Origin: Mobula hypostoma
Lineage: Eukaryota
Direction: 5' to 3'
DNA length: 64,000 nucleotides
Assembly (NCBI RefSeq): GCF_963921235.1
Contig: NC_086098.1
Span: 9,052,001 to 9,116,000 of the forward strand
The notes beneath the pieces were generated by a model. It searched no databases. It was not told the DNA's origin and saw nothing but the letters and a program-made list of their open reading frames with translations. The translations under genes and the position numbers were made by a program. Shown here in pieces: positions 24,291 through 38,708 of this stretch (the stretch's first letter is position 1; each line of letters starts with the position of its first letter).

Positions 24291-26879
24291 CATTCTGACA
24301 TAATGCATTCAGCATGGACCTGCTTATGTTTTGCATTTTGATAGTTTAACAGCCAGCTGATTGTTGCAAAGACAGCTAAACTGTGTATGAACATGTAAAG
24401 GTTTTGCATGTTTATGCATACATAATACGTTTGGAACTGGCAGCAACTGGGGATGGTGTTCACAGTTTCTTTGTGCGGTTTTGAATTGATAACCTGTATG
24501 TTTTCATGATTTCTTTCACTGTGGGTGCATGCAACAAATTATGCCCTAAAATGCAGTGGTTGTGACAATGCATGAATGTCTTCGGGAGTCTCGATGCAAT
24601 GATGATCTTGTTTACTTGAGAAATATTGTCTGTTGCAGCAATCTGATTATATTTGCATACTTTTGAACAAAGTAAAGTCTGTGATTATCAAATCAGTTGA
24701 GTTTATGTTATTGTGAGATTGGTCTCGACCGAAAAATGGTAGTCCAGGTAGTGAAGCTAGCATTTTGTCAATGAAAAATTGTAGCGACGAGTACGCGACC
24801 GAGTTAATTTCGGAGCCCTCTGGCTAACAGCTTGCGAGCTTTCTATTTTGAAGTTACAACTTGGAGTATCTTGAAAAATGCCGGGGTTTCTCCAGATGCT
24901 GTTCGAGGTGGAGCTTGTTTCGCTCCTGAATTCATCAGCTTGGAACAAATGCCGTGGATGTTGTTTTTGCATGTGCTCTTTAACAATGACGAAACCCCAG
25001 CCTTAAAGCCGGGGCATTGGTTTAAAGATGAAATTTGCCATATAGACCCTTTATTCCCTCCAGAATATGTCGCAGTTCTTTTGATCAGTATAATAAGGGA
25101 GCCTGCAATTCCTGGATTTTTTTTACGACTAGCTGATGTTGAATGCAGTACGGAATTCTGACAAAGGAACGCGCCTTTCGCCGTAGTCTTGTTTATGCAC
25201 CCTTGTGGAACTAGGGCCACATTGATAAGAAATAGTGATGAGTAAATGACCTGATTGATGCCTGTCATTCTGCCGCTACCTAACTACATTTCAGAAGAGG
25301 CTAGTGTTTTTTTTCCGAGGAAAGACGTTTCATGTGTTCTTTTGTATAATTAGGAGGTAGTGAAAGAGTGGTGGGACTTCGGGCAATATTTCGAGTCTGC
25401 AGGATTGTTAAAGTCCTAGCTTTCGTGGTCGAGGCTGTGTTCCCAGGGTTGCAGGACAGACCCAGTACGGCCATGTTCTCAGAAACTACTCTCCATCTAA
25501 GATAACTAGCAATAATTTGATACAGTTTAAAGATAGAACACTGAGGTAACACACCTAAATGTATATACTATAAGTATAATACCTACTCAAATACACTGCG
25601 GAAAAAAAAACTTAACTGATGTTTCGTATCCTACGTCAACATTTCTAAAACGTATCAGTAAAGGAAATTTATACTCCCCACAGGCACATAAAAGATGAGG
25701 TAATGTAAATGAATGGCTTTATAGGTCATGTGATCTAAAGCTGAAGATCACCGTCAACCTGCTCCTAAACATTCCCGAACCGTGATGTGAAGATTTAGAA
25801 CGGGATAACTTACTTTACATGATGTTCTGCCTTAATATTTTGATCCTAAGATATCCATTGATTGACCTCGGTTTAAAAAAAAATAAAATCCAAGGCAAAA
25901 CGTTAAATAAAAATAATCACATTCTGTTATGTTTCCTAAGGCTAATAGATATTTTAAAAATATCAATCTCAGTTACCTGGAATTTAGTTTATATTACAGA
26001 ATCTTTAGAAATGATGGGTTCTGACTAATGGCTAGGATTAAATATTTGTAAATCATTACCAGCCATTTTCAAAACTATTGAGCGGCACCACGAGATAGCA
26101 CTTGCAGTCTGAGTTTATCATTAATACAGCACATAATCTCGGGCAAGATTCTTCAGGAGGATATTCCTGATAATCTCGCCCACTCGCAACCTAGACCTAT
26201 GTTTCTATTTTGCAAGCAACTTCCGGGGGCTTTAGTACTTACGCTATTCTTCGAAAATATCAGCATTTTTCTTTAACTATATTACCTCTGATTGGCGATG
26301 TCAAACAACATGAGCCTCACCACTCTTTCAAAAGCAGAGCTGGGACATAAAATGTCTTTTGGAATTCAAAGGAAAATGTTTCTAATCTTTGATCTTTGTA
26401 ACGTTTCTACTTCAAAACAAACAAGTTGAAATTTCTAGAAAAAATTGCATTTAACAGGGAAATTCGGGAAGCTTGCGGAATGTAGGTTGGCCATGTAAAA
26501 TGTCAGACTGCATTTTATGGCAAAAAGTCTATGGTAACCTGAAAGTAAGCTTCTCTTTTTCATGAAGATTTTTTTTTCTTGTGAGAAAATATAGGTTGTG
26601 GGATTTGTTATGTTTTGTATATATACAAGATTACTCAAGTATTGAAATATTAAATACACAACAGGATTGCCAGGAGTTACACATCAGCAATGAAAAATCA
26701 TCAGTTTTTTTCACACACACAATTAACATTAGGATAACCTAAGCGGATAGTTGAAGATCCCTGCATGTTAATAAAAGTAGTAAAATAATAAATGCATGAA
26801 ATAAAAGACATAGCAACGATAATCAGCTTTCAGTAATTTGGTCCTATCGTTGATTAATTTGTGGCTTTAAAGTAATTAC

Positions 26880-27370
26880 ACAAAACCGTAATTAATTGCG
26901 GACTGTTGGAGTGCCCGTTACTTGTGCGCTGTGCGGTGATGTGTGTGTGGTGACCGCGCGTCAGCACTTTAAGCAAACCCTGCGCTTCTGTTGCTGACTC
27001 ACCTGCGTACAAACCAAAACGTGACGCCAGTCCCACCTCCTTTCACCCCACAGCAATGAATCATCGCGACCCACTCGCTGGGCAGCGCGCCGCTCTGATT
27101 GACAAACCGATGCCGCCACTTACAGGTGGCAGTCGTCCTCGACTATCCAATCAGCGTGAGCCGGGGCTGACTGATGGGCGGGCAGATGGGACGCTGTTGT
27201 GCGGTCATTGTTGGCAGCGCACGGAGCCAGGCATTGCATTGCCCACGGTGACTGCGTGCAGATAGAGAACTTGCCAGCAAAAATAATAAATAAACCCACG
27301 GCAGCACAGGACGAAGGAGCTTATTTCTGATTTCCGTCACTGTGTAACCGGTGGATGACTCACCAGCGTT
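26880..27370. promoter_or_regulatory. Second CpG-rich promoter/enhancer-like segment
   Basis: CpG retained; CCAAT at 27147-27151, ctgattg at ~27095, cgtgacg, TGACTCA at ~27356; minus-strand donor CAG|GTGAGT at 27003/27002. Confidence 0.55.
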
Positions 27371-28339
27371 GTTACTGATAACATTGTGATGAAACGCTTG
27401 GTCGCATCTCCATCACTTGCTGGTGAGATGTTGGAAAATATTAGAGCAACGTCAATAAACTCAAGCTTCACGTTGACCAGATTAAATCAGCACATAATGT
27501 GCGATTTGTGTTAATTTTTTTTCTAGTACCCATAGCCTTGATTTCGTAGTCTGGTTTAAATAAAGCGACAGTATACTTAGCTTCCTTTGTCTCATCTCAA
27601 GTAAAATTAAAAAGATTAGTGAAGGAAACATTAAAATATTCAAGCAATACGAAGTTTTAGGATAATTCCTGGAAATTATCTGCTAATCTATTGAATCCCC
27701 ACGTTAAGTGTCGTACCTTTCCACATTAACTCTTTCTTTCGAAACACGTTTGCTGCCAGTAGGTGACATGCAGAAAAGTGACCGAATATAAACAGAATTT
27801 GCTAAGGGCATTCAGACGTCAACTTGTATATTGTGAATTCATCGTTAGAGCCCCGGTCTCTGTGTAAGAACAAAGCTGTGGGTTCAGTGCCAATTTTAGC
27901 AATTGACATTCAAGTGCAGCTTGAAGGAGTGTGGTGTTGAAAGCTTCTGTACTTAAGAGGGCTTCCCCTATGCCAGATGAATGTTGCAGGTCCTATGGAC
28001 TATATTGAAGAATATTTTCCCCAATGTTATAGCCAATACCCATCCCTCAACTATCACTAAAACTGATTGCTGTTTATGCAGCCCTAAATTAGTGCATTTG
28101 TTTTCAGGAATATCAATGGAAATACACTTCAAAAGAAGTTCATTCTCTGAAAAAGAAGCTCTGTGTAATACCCCAAGATCTTGAATACTTTGTAGAAATA
28201 CATTTTAACTCTCCCTTCAGTTTACCAGCTCTTATGGCATTGTCTCCTTGTCCTTCTCTCCTTCAGTGCTTTCCATTATTCTTTTATTTCTTGTTTTGTC
28301 TTTGCCTTACACACATTCTCAAAGCTGGCCTGTTCACTC

Positions 28340-28440
28340 AATCTTGATGAAGGGGCTCGGCCCGAAATGTCGACTGTACTCTTTTCCATAGATGCTGCCT
28401 GGCCTGCTGAATACCTCCAGTATTTTGTGTATGTGTTGCT
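28340..28440 (+). mobile_element. Solo Penelope-derived short repeat with hammerhead motif
   Basis: aatc-TTGATGA-aggggctcggccc-GAAA-tgtc-gact followed by gatgctgcctggcctgctga...ttttgtgt. Confidence 0.8.
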
Positions 28441-28699
28441 GTTCACTCCTGCATGTGGTTCCCCTTTTAACAGTTTGATGCCCAGTTTTGCCTTTGAAAT
28501 ACATTTGGACATGTTAAGCCTCAAAACATTTCAGGAGTCATCAGGGCCTGAAGATTAATCTTTTGGATATCACCGCAGATAACCTTGGAGGAGGATGTTG
28601 CTCATTTTCTTCGGAGACATTACATTAGGTTTAAAACTACAAGAAATGGGAAGAGACTAGATATTTGGAGATAGGAGGAGATTTTAGAGTGATAATTGG

Positions 28700-29695
28700 G
28701 TAGACAAGGTGGAGGTTGATAGGTTCTTGATTAGTCAGGGCATCAAAAGTTATGAGGAGAAGGCAGGAGAATGGGGTCGAGAGGGATCATAAACTAGCCA
28801 TGATGGAATGGTGGAGCAGATAGGTTGAATGGCCTAATTCGGCTCCATTGTCTTATAGTCTTATGGACTTAATTCCAGCTAGAGTTGGGAATTGTATTTT
28901 ATTGTGTTTTCTAAGAGTTATTATTGGGTCCATCTTATTGGGTACTTTATAATATATACCTTTCATCGTCCAAGGGGAAGCTCTTCGTAAACACTACTTG
29001 ATCTTCAATATAAACAAGTTAAGCGTGAGACTTTTTAATTTTCTGCTCTGTACTAAAGTAAACTTGTTAAACATGGAACACAGAACAGCCCAGCACAGTA
29101 ACATTTGCCTACACATAATCCATAACCCTCAATTCCCATCATGTTCATATGCCTCTCTATATCCCTCTTAAATGCCTCTATCATGTCTGCTTCCACCACC
29201 ACCTCTGGCAGTGCAGCCACCACTCGGTGTAATAAAATACTTGACTTGCACATTCCTTTAAACTTTTTCCCTCTCATGTTAAAGCAATGCACTATTATTT
29301 GATATTTCTCACATGAGAAAAGGACTCTGACTATCTACCATGTTGGCGACTCTCTTAATATTAAAACTATTATCTTCAGCCTTCGATTCTCTGGAGAAAA
29401 CAATCCAAGGTCACCTAACCTCTCTTTGTAGCTAATAGTCTCCCAATACAGGCAGCACCTGGTGAACCTCTTCTGCACCCTTTCCAAAACCTCCACATCT
29501 TTTTTGTAATGGATTAGTCAGGGCATCAGGAATGCACATAATACTCCAAATATGGTCTAACCAAAATTTTATGCAGTTGTAACATGTCTTCTTGGCAGTG
29601 CCCTGACTGATGAAGGCAAACATGCAATATGCCTACCCTGACCTTATCTCTTGGTGTTTCCATTTCCAAGCTATGGACTTGGATCCCAAGATTCA
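28700..29695. mobile_element. CR1 3' fragments (+ 28700-28868; - ~29070-29695)
   Basis: Typical CR1 3' UTR and tails; ORFs 29053..29292 and 29432..29623. Confidence 0.8.
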
Positions 29696-29868
29696 GATTC
29701 AGTCATTTTTGTCCCTTTTATGATCCATAAAATGGGGCTTTGGAATACTGGAATTAACATTTAATATAAGCAGAAATTTAACTATACAAATAGAAGAAGC
29801 AAATAAAAATTGTCAGTATGACCTCTTGGACTTGAATGGAATTTATTAAATATCTTCTTTCCTTTTAA

Positions 29869-32292
29869 CCATAAGACATGGAAGCAGAATTAGGCCACTC
29901 AACCCATCGAGCCTGCTCCACCATTCCATCATGGCTGATTTATTATCCCTCTCAACCCTATTCTCCTGCTGTCTCCGCATAACCTTTGATGCTATGACTA
30001 ACCAAGAATCTATCAATCTCTGCTTTAAATATACTCAATGATTTGGCCTCCACAGATGTCTTTGGCAATGAATTCCATATTCATCACCCTCTAGCTAAAG
30101 AAATTCCTTCTCATCTCTGTTCTAAATGAATGTTCTCTATTTTGAGGCTGTACTCTCTGGTCCTAGACTCACCCATTATAGGAAACATCCTCTCCACATC
30201 TGCCCTGTCTAAGCCTTTCAATGTTCGATAGGTTTCACTGAGATTCCCCCTCATTCTTCTGAACTCCAGTGAGTACAGGCCCATAGCCATCAAACGCTTC
30301 TCATAAGTTAACCATTTCATTCCTGGAATCATTCTCGTGAATGCTCTGGACCCTCTCCAATGCCTGCACGTCTTTTTTTTAGATAAAAGATCAAAACCTA
30401 CTCACAATATTCCAAGTATGGTTTGATCAATGCCTTATAAAGTCTCAGCATCACATCTTTGCTCTTATATGCTAATCCTCTTACATGCTAGCATTGCATT
30501 TACCTTCCTTACCACTGACTCAACATACGAGTAAACCTTTAGGGGATCCTGCACAAGGACTCCAAACTCTATGCACTTCTGATTTTTCTCCACTTCTAGA
30601 AAATAAGTCTACTCCTTTATTCCTTCTACCACTGTCACCTCTTTGCCTATTCTTCCAATCTTTCTAAGTCCTTCTGCAGACTTTCTGCTTCCTCGACACT
30701 ACCTGACTCTCCACCTATCTTTGTATCAAATACATACTTGGCCACAAAGCCATCAATTCCATCATCCAAACTAATGACATATAATGTGAAAGTAAGTTGT
30801 TGAAAAACACCATTTGTCACCTGTGGCCAACCAGAATAGGCCCCCTTTATTTTGACTCTTTGCTTCCAACCAATCAGCCAATCCTCTATCCGTGCTAGTA
30901 TCTTTCCTGTAATACCATGGGCTCTTAAATTAAGCAGCCTCATGTGTGGCACCTTGTCAAAGCCCTTCTGAAAATCAAAGTAAGCAACATCCACAGACTC
31001 TCTATGTCTGTTGTTTCCTCAAGGATTTCCAAAAGATTTGTTAAGCAAGATTTCCCTTAAGGAAACCATGCTTACCTGGCCTACTTTATTACATGCCTCC
31101 AAGTAACTTAAAACCTCATCCTTAATAATGGGCTTCACTATTTTCCCAACCACTGAAGTCAGGCTAACTGACCTATAATTTCCTTTCTTCTACTTCCCTT
31201 CCTTCTTATAAAGGTTGACAATTGCAATTCTTCTGTTCTCTAGAAATGTTCCAGAATCTAGTGATTCTTAAAAGGTAAGTACTAATGCCAGCACAATCTC
31301 TTCACCTACCTCTTTTAGAATCCTGGTGTGTAGTCCATTAAGTCCAGGTGAGTCTACTGTCAGACCCGTCAGCTTTCCAAGCACCTTCTCCTTAGTAATA
31401 GCAACTATATTCACTTCTTCCCCTAGAATTAATGGCATAATGCTAGTGTCTTCCACGGTGCTGGTTGATACAAAATACCTACTAAGTTCATCTGCCATTT
31501 ATTTGTCCCCCATTACTATCTCTCCAATATCCACTCTTGCCTTGGTTTTACTCTTTATATATCTATATGTGATGGGATGGCGATATGTGTCTACCAAAGG
31601 AGGAATAAGGTACTCCTTCTCTTTGCTGGCCTGCGGGTCACCTTGGGCAATGTGTAACACCTCCTTAGCCCCCACCGATCCAGGTCATGTGAAGACACGG
31701 GAGCAGATGGTGGATGGTTGTATGAGCAGTAGCCGCATATCACAGGTCTTGGTTATGTGACCACTGACACTAGGCAGACTATCTCTGAAGAGTAATAATA
31801 AAAGCTGGGGTCATCCATCTTGTACAGCAGCCCAGAAGAAGGCAATGGCAAACCACTTCTGTAGAAAAATTTGCCGAGAACGATCATGGTCGTGGAAAAA
31901 CCATGATTGCCCACGTCATATGGCACGGCACATAACAAGTGAACGATTATCTGAAAGAACGTTTTATATCCTCTTTGATATTTTTGGCTAACTTACCTTT
32001 ATCTTTCATCTTTTCTCTCCTTATGTGCTTTTTAGTTGCCTTCTGTTGGTTTTTAAAAGCTTCCCAATCCTCTAACTTTCAACTATTTTTTGCTATATTA
32101 AATGTTTTTGCTGTTATGCTTAGACTTCCCTTGTCACCCACAGTTGCCCCATCCTCCCTTTAGAATACTTTTTCATCTTTGGCATTTATCTATCCTGTGC
32201 CTTCCAAATTACCCTTAGAATCTCCAGCCATTGCTGTTGTGCTGTCATTCCTGATAGTGTACCTTTCCAATCAACTTTGGTCAGCTCCTCTT
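29869..32292 (-). mobile_element. Decayed CR1 LINE ORF2
   Basis: ORFs 30111..30332, 30647..30994 (DVAYFDFQKGFDKVPH), 31268..31498; tail at 29869. Confidence 0.9.
31565..31947 (+). mobile_element. RTE-related SINE-like element, copy 2, nested in CR1
   Basis: Homologous to 14610-14975; TSD tatct at 31560-31564 and 31948-31952. Confidence 0.8.
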
Positions 32293-33869
32293 TTAAAATG
32301 AATTCAACTTAATAATTTTTAATTCTTAACATAATGACAGAAGTCGCTTCCTAATGTTGCAGATTGGTAGAGTCCTTTTGCTTAGGATGCCACTCTCATC
32401 GTCAGTAAGATTCTTTAATATATACTTTGCATATAAAATGATAGCAGTCACCTTCAGATTCAGTTACAGTCATTGCACAGTTTTTCATGTAGTAACTCTG
32501 AAAATAGTAATGGTTGCAATGCAGAACCCCGAAGCACACCTCAGAATTCCGACTGTCAAACGTGGACAAAAAAGATCTGCTTTCTGTTCTTTGACCAATT
32601 CGATCTTCAAGGTGTTGATTTCCCTTTAATTTTTTTTGAAACTTTATCAATCTATTCCATTGCTTTTTGAAATTGCATACGTAGAGCAACATCCCTTTCT
32701 CCTTATCACACTCCTACTCGTTTTTTTGAAGAGCTCCAATTAAATTTATCAAACGTGACTTGCTTGCTCACAACAGTGAATCTTAATTTCTAAGTGTGTC
32801 TTAATAGTTTTCAGTTTATTTAGATTACACAATTGTGAAATGTAATCAAAAATTAACTACAAGTGCTTTAAAGTGCTCTAAGTGTTCTAAAGTCAAATTA
32901 TTCTGATGGGTTTTAAGGGGTTATCTTGTCATTGACATGAGGGACAAAAGCAGAGATTCAAACATTCAGAGTAGTATTAAACAGGCCAGGGTTCTTTTCA
33001 CATAAATGGTCTTCCATGTGTTTGATTGTATGGATGTTTTGGGGTCAGAGGGGGGAAGTTAGGGCTTAGGAACAGGGATGTGCGGAGTTAGAGGTCAGTC
33101 CAGAGTCTAGGGCTCCATCTGTGCTTTGCATTCAAAGACCACCAACAGTGTAGACAAAGAACATCAGTGGATGGATGTCAGGCCCACAGGTGCCTTGGAT
33201 GAAGACCACTAACAATGGGGACAAAAAGTATCTGTGCCATGGATGAAGACTAGTGAGGACAAGGGCTGGGGCCCCCACCCCCCAATCAGCAAGTTCCCCG
33301 CAGGATCAGCAGGCAGGAGGCACAAGGAATGATCCCCTGAGTACACAAGTCAGGGAGTCCTGGGTTGATACTGAAGGCTAAAGGTTGATTGGAAGTCCAC
33401 ATGCAACGTCCTGAGAGTCTGTGAGTCCACAAAGGAAGTTGAAGGTCTGATGTCTGTGAAACCCTGAGACTAATGGAGACTGGAGGCTCAGGGGTAGCCT
33501 GATCTTGAGTTGGAGGACGTCCTGTGTATATGAGTGAGTGGATGGAAGGAAGGGAATGGGCTTGTTTTGCTTTTGTTCTGCTGAATGCGGCCATGAATGT
33601 GTGGTGATATTTGTGAGCTGCCCCTGCACATGTTTAGGTTGGTTTGGTTGTTAACGGAAATGACACGTTTCATTGTGTGTTTCGATGTACTTATGGTAAG
33701 TAATTGAATCTGAATCCAATCAGATTGATATACAGATTATATTGTCACCTACCGGTATAAACAGAGTAGGAGTCAGAATAAGAAGCTAGAATAAAAATGT
33801 GAGGGGAGGGAAGGGGGTACGAGCTGACAGGTGATGGGTATGACTGGGGGGGAGTTGGTGGGAGAGGGC

Positions 33870-34105
33870 TATGCCCTCCCAGCCTCTTACTTCATTCTGC
33901 TCTCCCGCCCACCTGTTCACACCTTGTACTCTTTCCCTTCTCCCCATGTTATTCTGGCAACTGCCTCCTCCCTGAAGAAGGGTCTTAGCTCAAAACATCT
34001 ACAATTTATTCCCCTCCGTCGATGGTTCCTGACTTGCTGAGTACCTCCAGTATTTTGTGTGTATTGTTCAAGATTTCCAGCATCTGCTGAATCTCTTGTG
34101 CTTGT
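33870..34105 (+). mobile_element. Penelope-derived short repeat, degenerate hammerhead
   Basis: cctgaagaagggtcttagctcaaaacatc and tail cctgacttgctgagtacctccagtattttgtgtgt...catctgctga. Confidence 0.7.
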
Positions 34106-34207
34106 GCCAAAGACATAAACTAGGCATTGGTAAATCCAGCAGTCAGATTAGGAGAAACCATGCTACACAGAGGAGTATGGGGAGGGGTGGTATGCTAGAA
34201 GGTGAAA

Positions 34208-34520
34208 TTTATTTGTTTATTTATTTATTTAGTGATACAGTGTGGAGTTGGCCCTTCTGGTCCTTCGAAGAGTGCCGCCCAGCAAACCCCAACAATTCGG
34301 ATTTAACGCTAACCTAATTACGGGACAATTTACAATGACTAATTAACCTCTCCAGTTCATCTTCGGAGAGTGGAAAGAAACAGGAGTACCTGGGGAAAAC
34401 TCACGCATCACACAGGAATGATGTACAGACTCCTTACAGAGGACACCGGGATTGAACTCTGAGCTCCAACACCCCAAGCTGTAATAGCGTTGCTCTAACT
34501 TTTACGCTCCTGTGGCGTCC
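34208..34520 (-). mobile_element. V-SINE/HE1-like SINE
   Basis: Reverse tRNA-like head, V-domain (cagactccttacaga), (ttta)n tail. Confidence 0.75.
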
Positions 34521-36177
34521 TATTTAGTACCACAGGGAGTAATAAAGGGCATAGCAAGAAGTATTTAAAGAGAAACTAGATAAGTGGGGAAGGAATAGAA
34601 GAACACCTTGATGTGGTTAGAGGGAGAGGGGTCATTAAGTACATCGTTGCATGGCACTGTGTCCTTTTCTCAGTGATCTCAAGCAAAAGGATAACTAGTT
34701 CACAGGGGAACCAACTTTGGTGCCCTTACGAAGCTGGAAGTGGAGGATGTTGAAGTGCATGGCACCTGAATGGCAAGAACTCTGGTAGTGATCCATATTT
34801 CTGGCAAGTTTAATGATTACATTGTTCTCAGTATGTAATCTGCTCAACTATTTGCACCGAACAATAAATATCTAAGTTATGAATGACCTCAATGTGTTGG
34901 ATAGTTTATTAGCATCTAAAAATGGTAGCACCCCATTTTAAGAAATTGCTGCATACAGTATATGCGTTCTTTGTGAATTAAATTTAGGCTCGCCAGGATA
35001 GGCTCACCCGCGACATTTTGCCCCTGTAATGCTGCTTACCTTTTCCAGCCAAGTAAGGAACACTTGAAACAATGAAGCTTTATTCTTGTAGGCGGTAATT
35101 TTTTCTCAGATGTTTTAAAAGATAAGCTTTTTTTTTCTAAACTTCCTTTTCAGTTCATTTTTTTTCAGGCTTACACAATCTTTCATTCTCTTTCTTCAGA
35201 GCTATTCAGTACCTGGTTTTACATGAATTCTTACTATTTTGTTCACCATTTATTTTTGTTCATTAGAATCTTTAAATCTCTTTGGTTAATGAGGCAGATG
35301 ATTTGGTCCCTGTTTCACCCATGACCCAGATACACTGTTGAAGTTGTGGCACCACTGTCAACTTGCACTTGAAATAATTTGTGATGCAAAATTATTCAAG
35401 CTCAAAGTTGAGAGAAAATGTGTGTAATGGTGTAAGCTAAGAGATACCTCAGTCCTCATATTCATGGTCCGAGTTTCACATTCGAGCAAATACAATTTTA
35501 AGTGGAGTCCTTCAAGCCCAAGATTGGAAACCCATATTCCTAACTGCGATCAGGAATGCTGTTGATTGTGTTTTTAAAAAAAAATTTACATGATGGTAGT
35601 GATGGAAATAAGAGAGAACACCTTTTTGGAAAATAGAAGCCTTGAATTATATTTCTGGACAAATCTGTCCAGAAGTGGGAGCCTGGCTAAAAGTAATTAG
35701 TATATTTATTTAAATATTGCATTGTGAACTGTTCAATTCTAGTCAGTATAAAAGACCTTCCAAAATATACTAGCAGATATTTTGATTTGACAAAGAAATA
35801 AGTTAACCAGCTTCTCTTTCTGCAAGCCAAACATTTCATTTGAGCTTATCTCGTCCGTTTTGCATTTATGCATTTGTAGTGGTATTCTGTATCCTGAATA
35901 CATTGAAATATCAGTTGTCATTTTTTTTTCAAAACATTGTTTGTTATCTGAACATTGCATTCAGTGAAGTGAATAAATTCAATTTTGCTGGGGAAGCTGC
36001 AGCTGTTTTCTGAGAAATTAAAGTGTGTGTGGGAAAGCCAGGTTCAGTCAACTTGTCTAAACAGCGAAGATCACAAGACTGAATTGCAGTCATGCCTCTG
36101 GTGACACTGATATTTATTGCCACTCATTGGCTATAGATGCTTTTGTAGAGAAATTTAAAGCAGTTTCCTTTTATTAT

Positions 36178-38112
36178 TGTGGGCATCACTGAGTCGTGGC
36201 TGAAAGAAGGCCATAGTTGGGAACTTAATATGAAAGGATATACTTTGTATCACAAGGACAGATGGGAAGACATAGGTGGTGGTGTGGCTGTGTTGCTAAG
36301 AGATGGAATTACATCTTTAGAAAGAGGTTACATAGGATTAGAGAATGTTGAATCTTTGTGGGTGGAGATAAGAAACTGCAAGGGTTAAAAAAAATTTATG
36401 AGAATCATATATAGGCCTCCAAATAGTAGCCAAGATGTGGGGTTGAGATTGCAAAGGGAGTTGGAAAGAGCTTGTAATAAGGGTAATGCCACAATTGTAG
36501 TGGGGGACTTCAATATGCAGGTGAATTGGGAAAGTCAGGTTGGTGTCAGATCACAAGAGAGGGACTTTGTTGAATGCCTGCAAGATGGCTTTTTAGAGCA
36601 GATTGTGCTTGAGCCTACTCGGGGAAAGGTCATTGTAGATTGGTCGTTGTGTAATAATCCAGGTTTTATTAGGGAGCTTGAGGTGAGGGAACCCTTAGGA
36701 GACATTAATCATAATGTGATTGAATTCAGACTGCAATTTGAAGAAAAAGTCACATTTATCAGTATCACAATGGAATATAGGGAATTACAAAGGCATGAGA
36801 GAGGAGCTTGCCCAGGTGGATTGGAGGAGGATACTGGCAGGGATGACGGCAGAGCAGAGAATGCTGAAGTTTCTAGGAATAGTTCATAAGGCGCAAGATA
36901 GATATGTCCCACAGAAGAAGTTGATCTCAAATGGCAAGGATAGGCAAATGCAGCTGACAAGGGAAGTTAAGGACTGCATAAAAGCCAAGGAAAGGGCAAA
37001 TAATGTAGCAAAAGTGAATTAGAAGTTGGATGATTGGGAAGATTTTAAAATCCGCTAAAAAAACCATGAGAAAGGAAAAGATTAAATATGAGGGCAAACT
37101 AGCCAGTCATATAAAGCAGCATACTAAAAGTATTTTCAGCTGTATAAAAAGTAAAAGGGAGGCGAGAGTTGATATTGGACCACTGGAAAATGATGCTGGT
37201 GAGATAATAATGGGGGACAAAAAAATGGCAGATGCACTTAATAAGTACTTTGCCTCAGTCTTCACAGTGGAAGACACTTGCAGTGTGCCAGAGGTCTGTG
37301 AGTGTCAGGGAGCGGGAATGAGTGCCATTTATTACAAAGGAAAAAGGACGAGGCATACTCAAAGGTCTTAAGGTGGATAAGTCACCTGGCCCAGATGGAC
37401 TACACCCCAGAGTTCTGAAAGATGTTGCTGAAAAGATAGCAGATGCATTAGTTATGATCTTATAAGAATCACTTGATTCTGGCATGGTTCTGGAGGACTG
37501 GAAAATTGCAAATGCCACTTCACTCTTTAAGAAGGGACGAAGGCAAAAGAAAGGAAGTTATAGGCTAGTTAGCCTAACCTCAGTGGTTAGGAAACTGTTG
37601 GAGTTCATTATGCAGGGGTACTTGGAGACTAATGATAAAATAAGGCAAAGTTGGCATGGTTTCTGTAAAGGGAAATCTTGACTGACAAATCTGTTAGAGT
37701 TCTTCGAGGAAGTAGCAAGCAGGGTGGACAAAGGAGAGGTAGTGGATGTCATTTATTTGGATTTTCAGAAGGCATTTGATAGAGTGCCACACATGAGGCT
37801 GCTTAACAAGATAAAATCTTATGGTGTTACGGGAAAGCTATTGACATGGATAGTGGAATGGTTGACAGGCAGGAGGCAATGAGTGGGAATAAAGGGGGCT
37901 TTTTCTGGTTGGCTGTCAGTGACATGGTATTCTTAAGGGGTCAGTAATGGGACCACTACTTTTCACATTGTCAACAATTTAGATGGCTTTGTGGCAAAGT
38001 TTGCAGATGGTACAAAGATAGGTGGAGGGGTAGGTAGTGCTGAGAAAACACTGTGATTGCAGAAGGACTTAGACACATTCGAAGAATGGGCAAAAAAGTG
38101 AGAGATGGAATA
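36178..38112 (+). mobile_element. Decayed CR1 ORF2 (endonuclease to RT), followed by a minus-strand Penelope-derived repeat at ~38113-38230
   Basis: ORFs 36179..36388 (GITESW), 36398..36889 (YRPPN, GDFN), 37030..37371, 37484..37681. Confidence 0.9.
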
Positions 38113-38611
38113 CAGACAAGAGAAAATCTGCAGATGCTGGAAATCTGAGCAACACACCCAAAATGCTGGAAGAACTCAGCAAGCCAGGCGACATCTAGGA
38201 AAAGAGTACAGTCAGCATTTTGGGTTGAAATTAAAAAATCCACTTGGGATTTATGCTTTCTTTTGATAATGTTTTACAGGATTCCAGTACACTGGAATGT
38301 AAGAAACAGGAGCAGGAGTGGGCTACGTGAGCCCTTACAGTCTGTTCTGCCTTTCCATAAGATCATAAGTGATACCATGCCTTTGCAAATTTAACTTTTC
38401 AATTCCCATTTCTACTGATACCTTCAGTATTTGAGAAATTTATCCGTCCCTGTCTTGAATATACACAATGTCTGAAATCTTATCTGTCATTATCTATCAG
38501 TGTCCAGAAATCTATCAGCTTTAGCCTTGAATACACTCCAGTGTGTGAACATTCACAATTCAGTGAGATAGGGAATTAACCAAAAACATCCTTCTTAGTC
38601 ATAAACACATG

Positions 38612-38708
38612 TTGTCCTGATGAAATGTCTTGGCCCGAAATGCCAGCTGTTCATTTCTGTTCATAGATACTGCCTTACCTGCTGCATTCCTCCAACATTT
38701 TGTGTGGT
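38612..38708 (+). mobile_element. Solo Penelope-derived short repeat with hammerhead motif
   Basis: gtc-CTGATGA-aatgtcttggccc-GAAA-tgccagct. Confidence 0.75.

Noticed and set aside
24757..25552. Short ORFs downstream of the CpG island
   Set aside because: No motifs or convincing splice context; consistent with chance ORFs in intron 1
26140..26180. Imperfect hairpin gggcaagatt...aatctcgccc as a pre-miRNA
   Set aside because: Stem too short and no recognisable mature sequence
33115..33265. Degenerate tandem repeat (gatgaagacc...gacaaa)
   Set aside because: Only 2-3 poorly conserved units, probably part of the adjacent decayed retroelement
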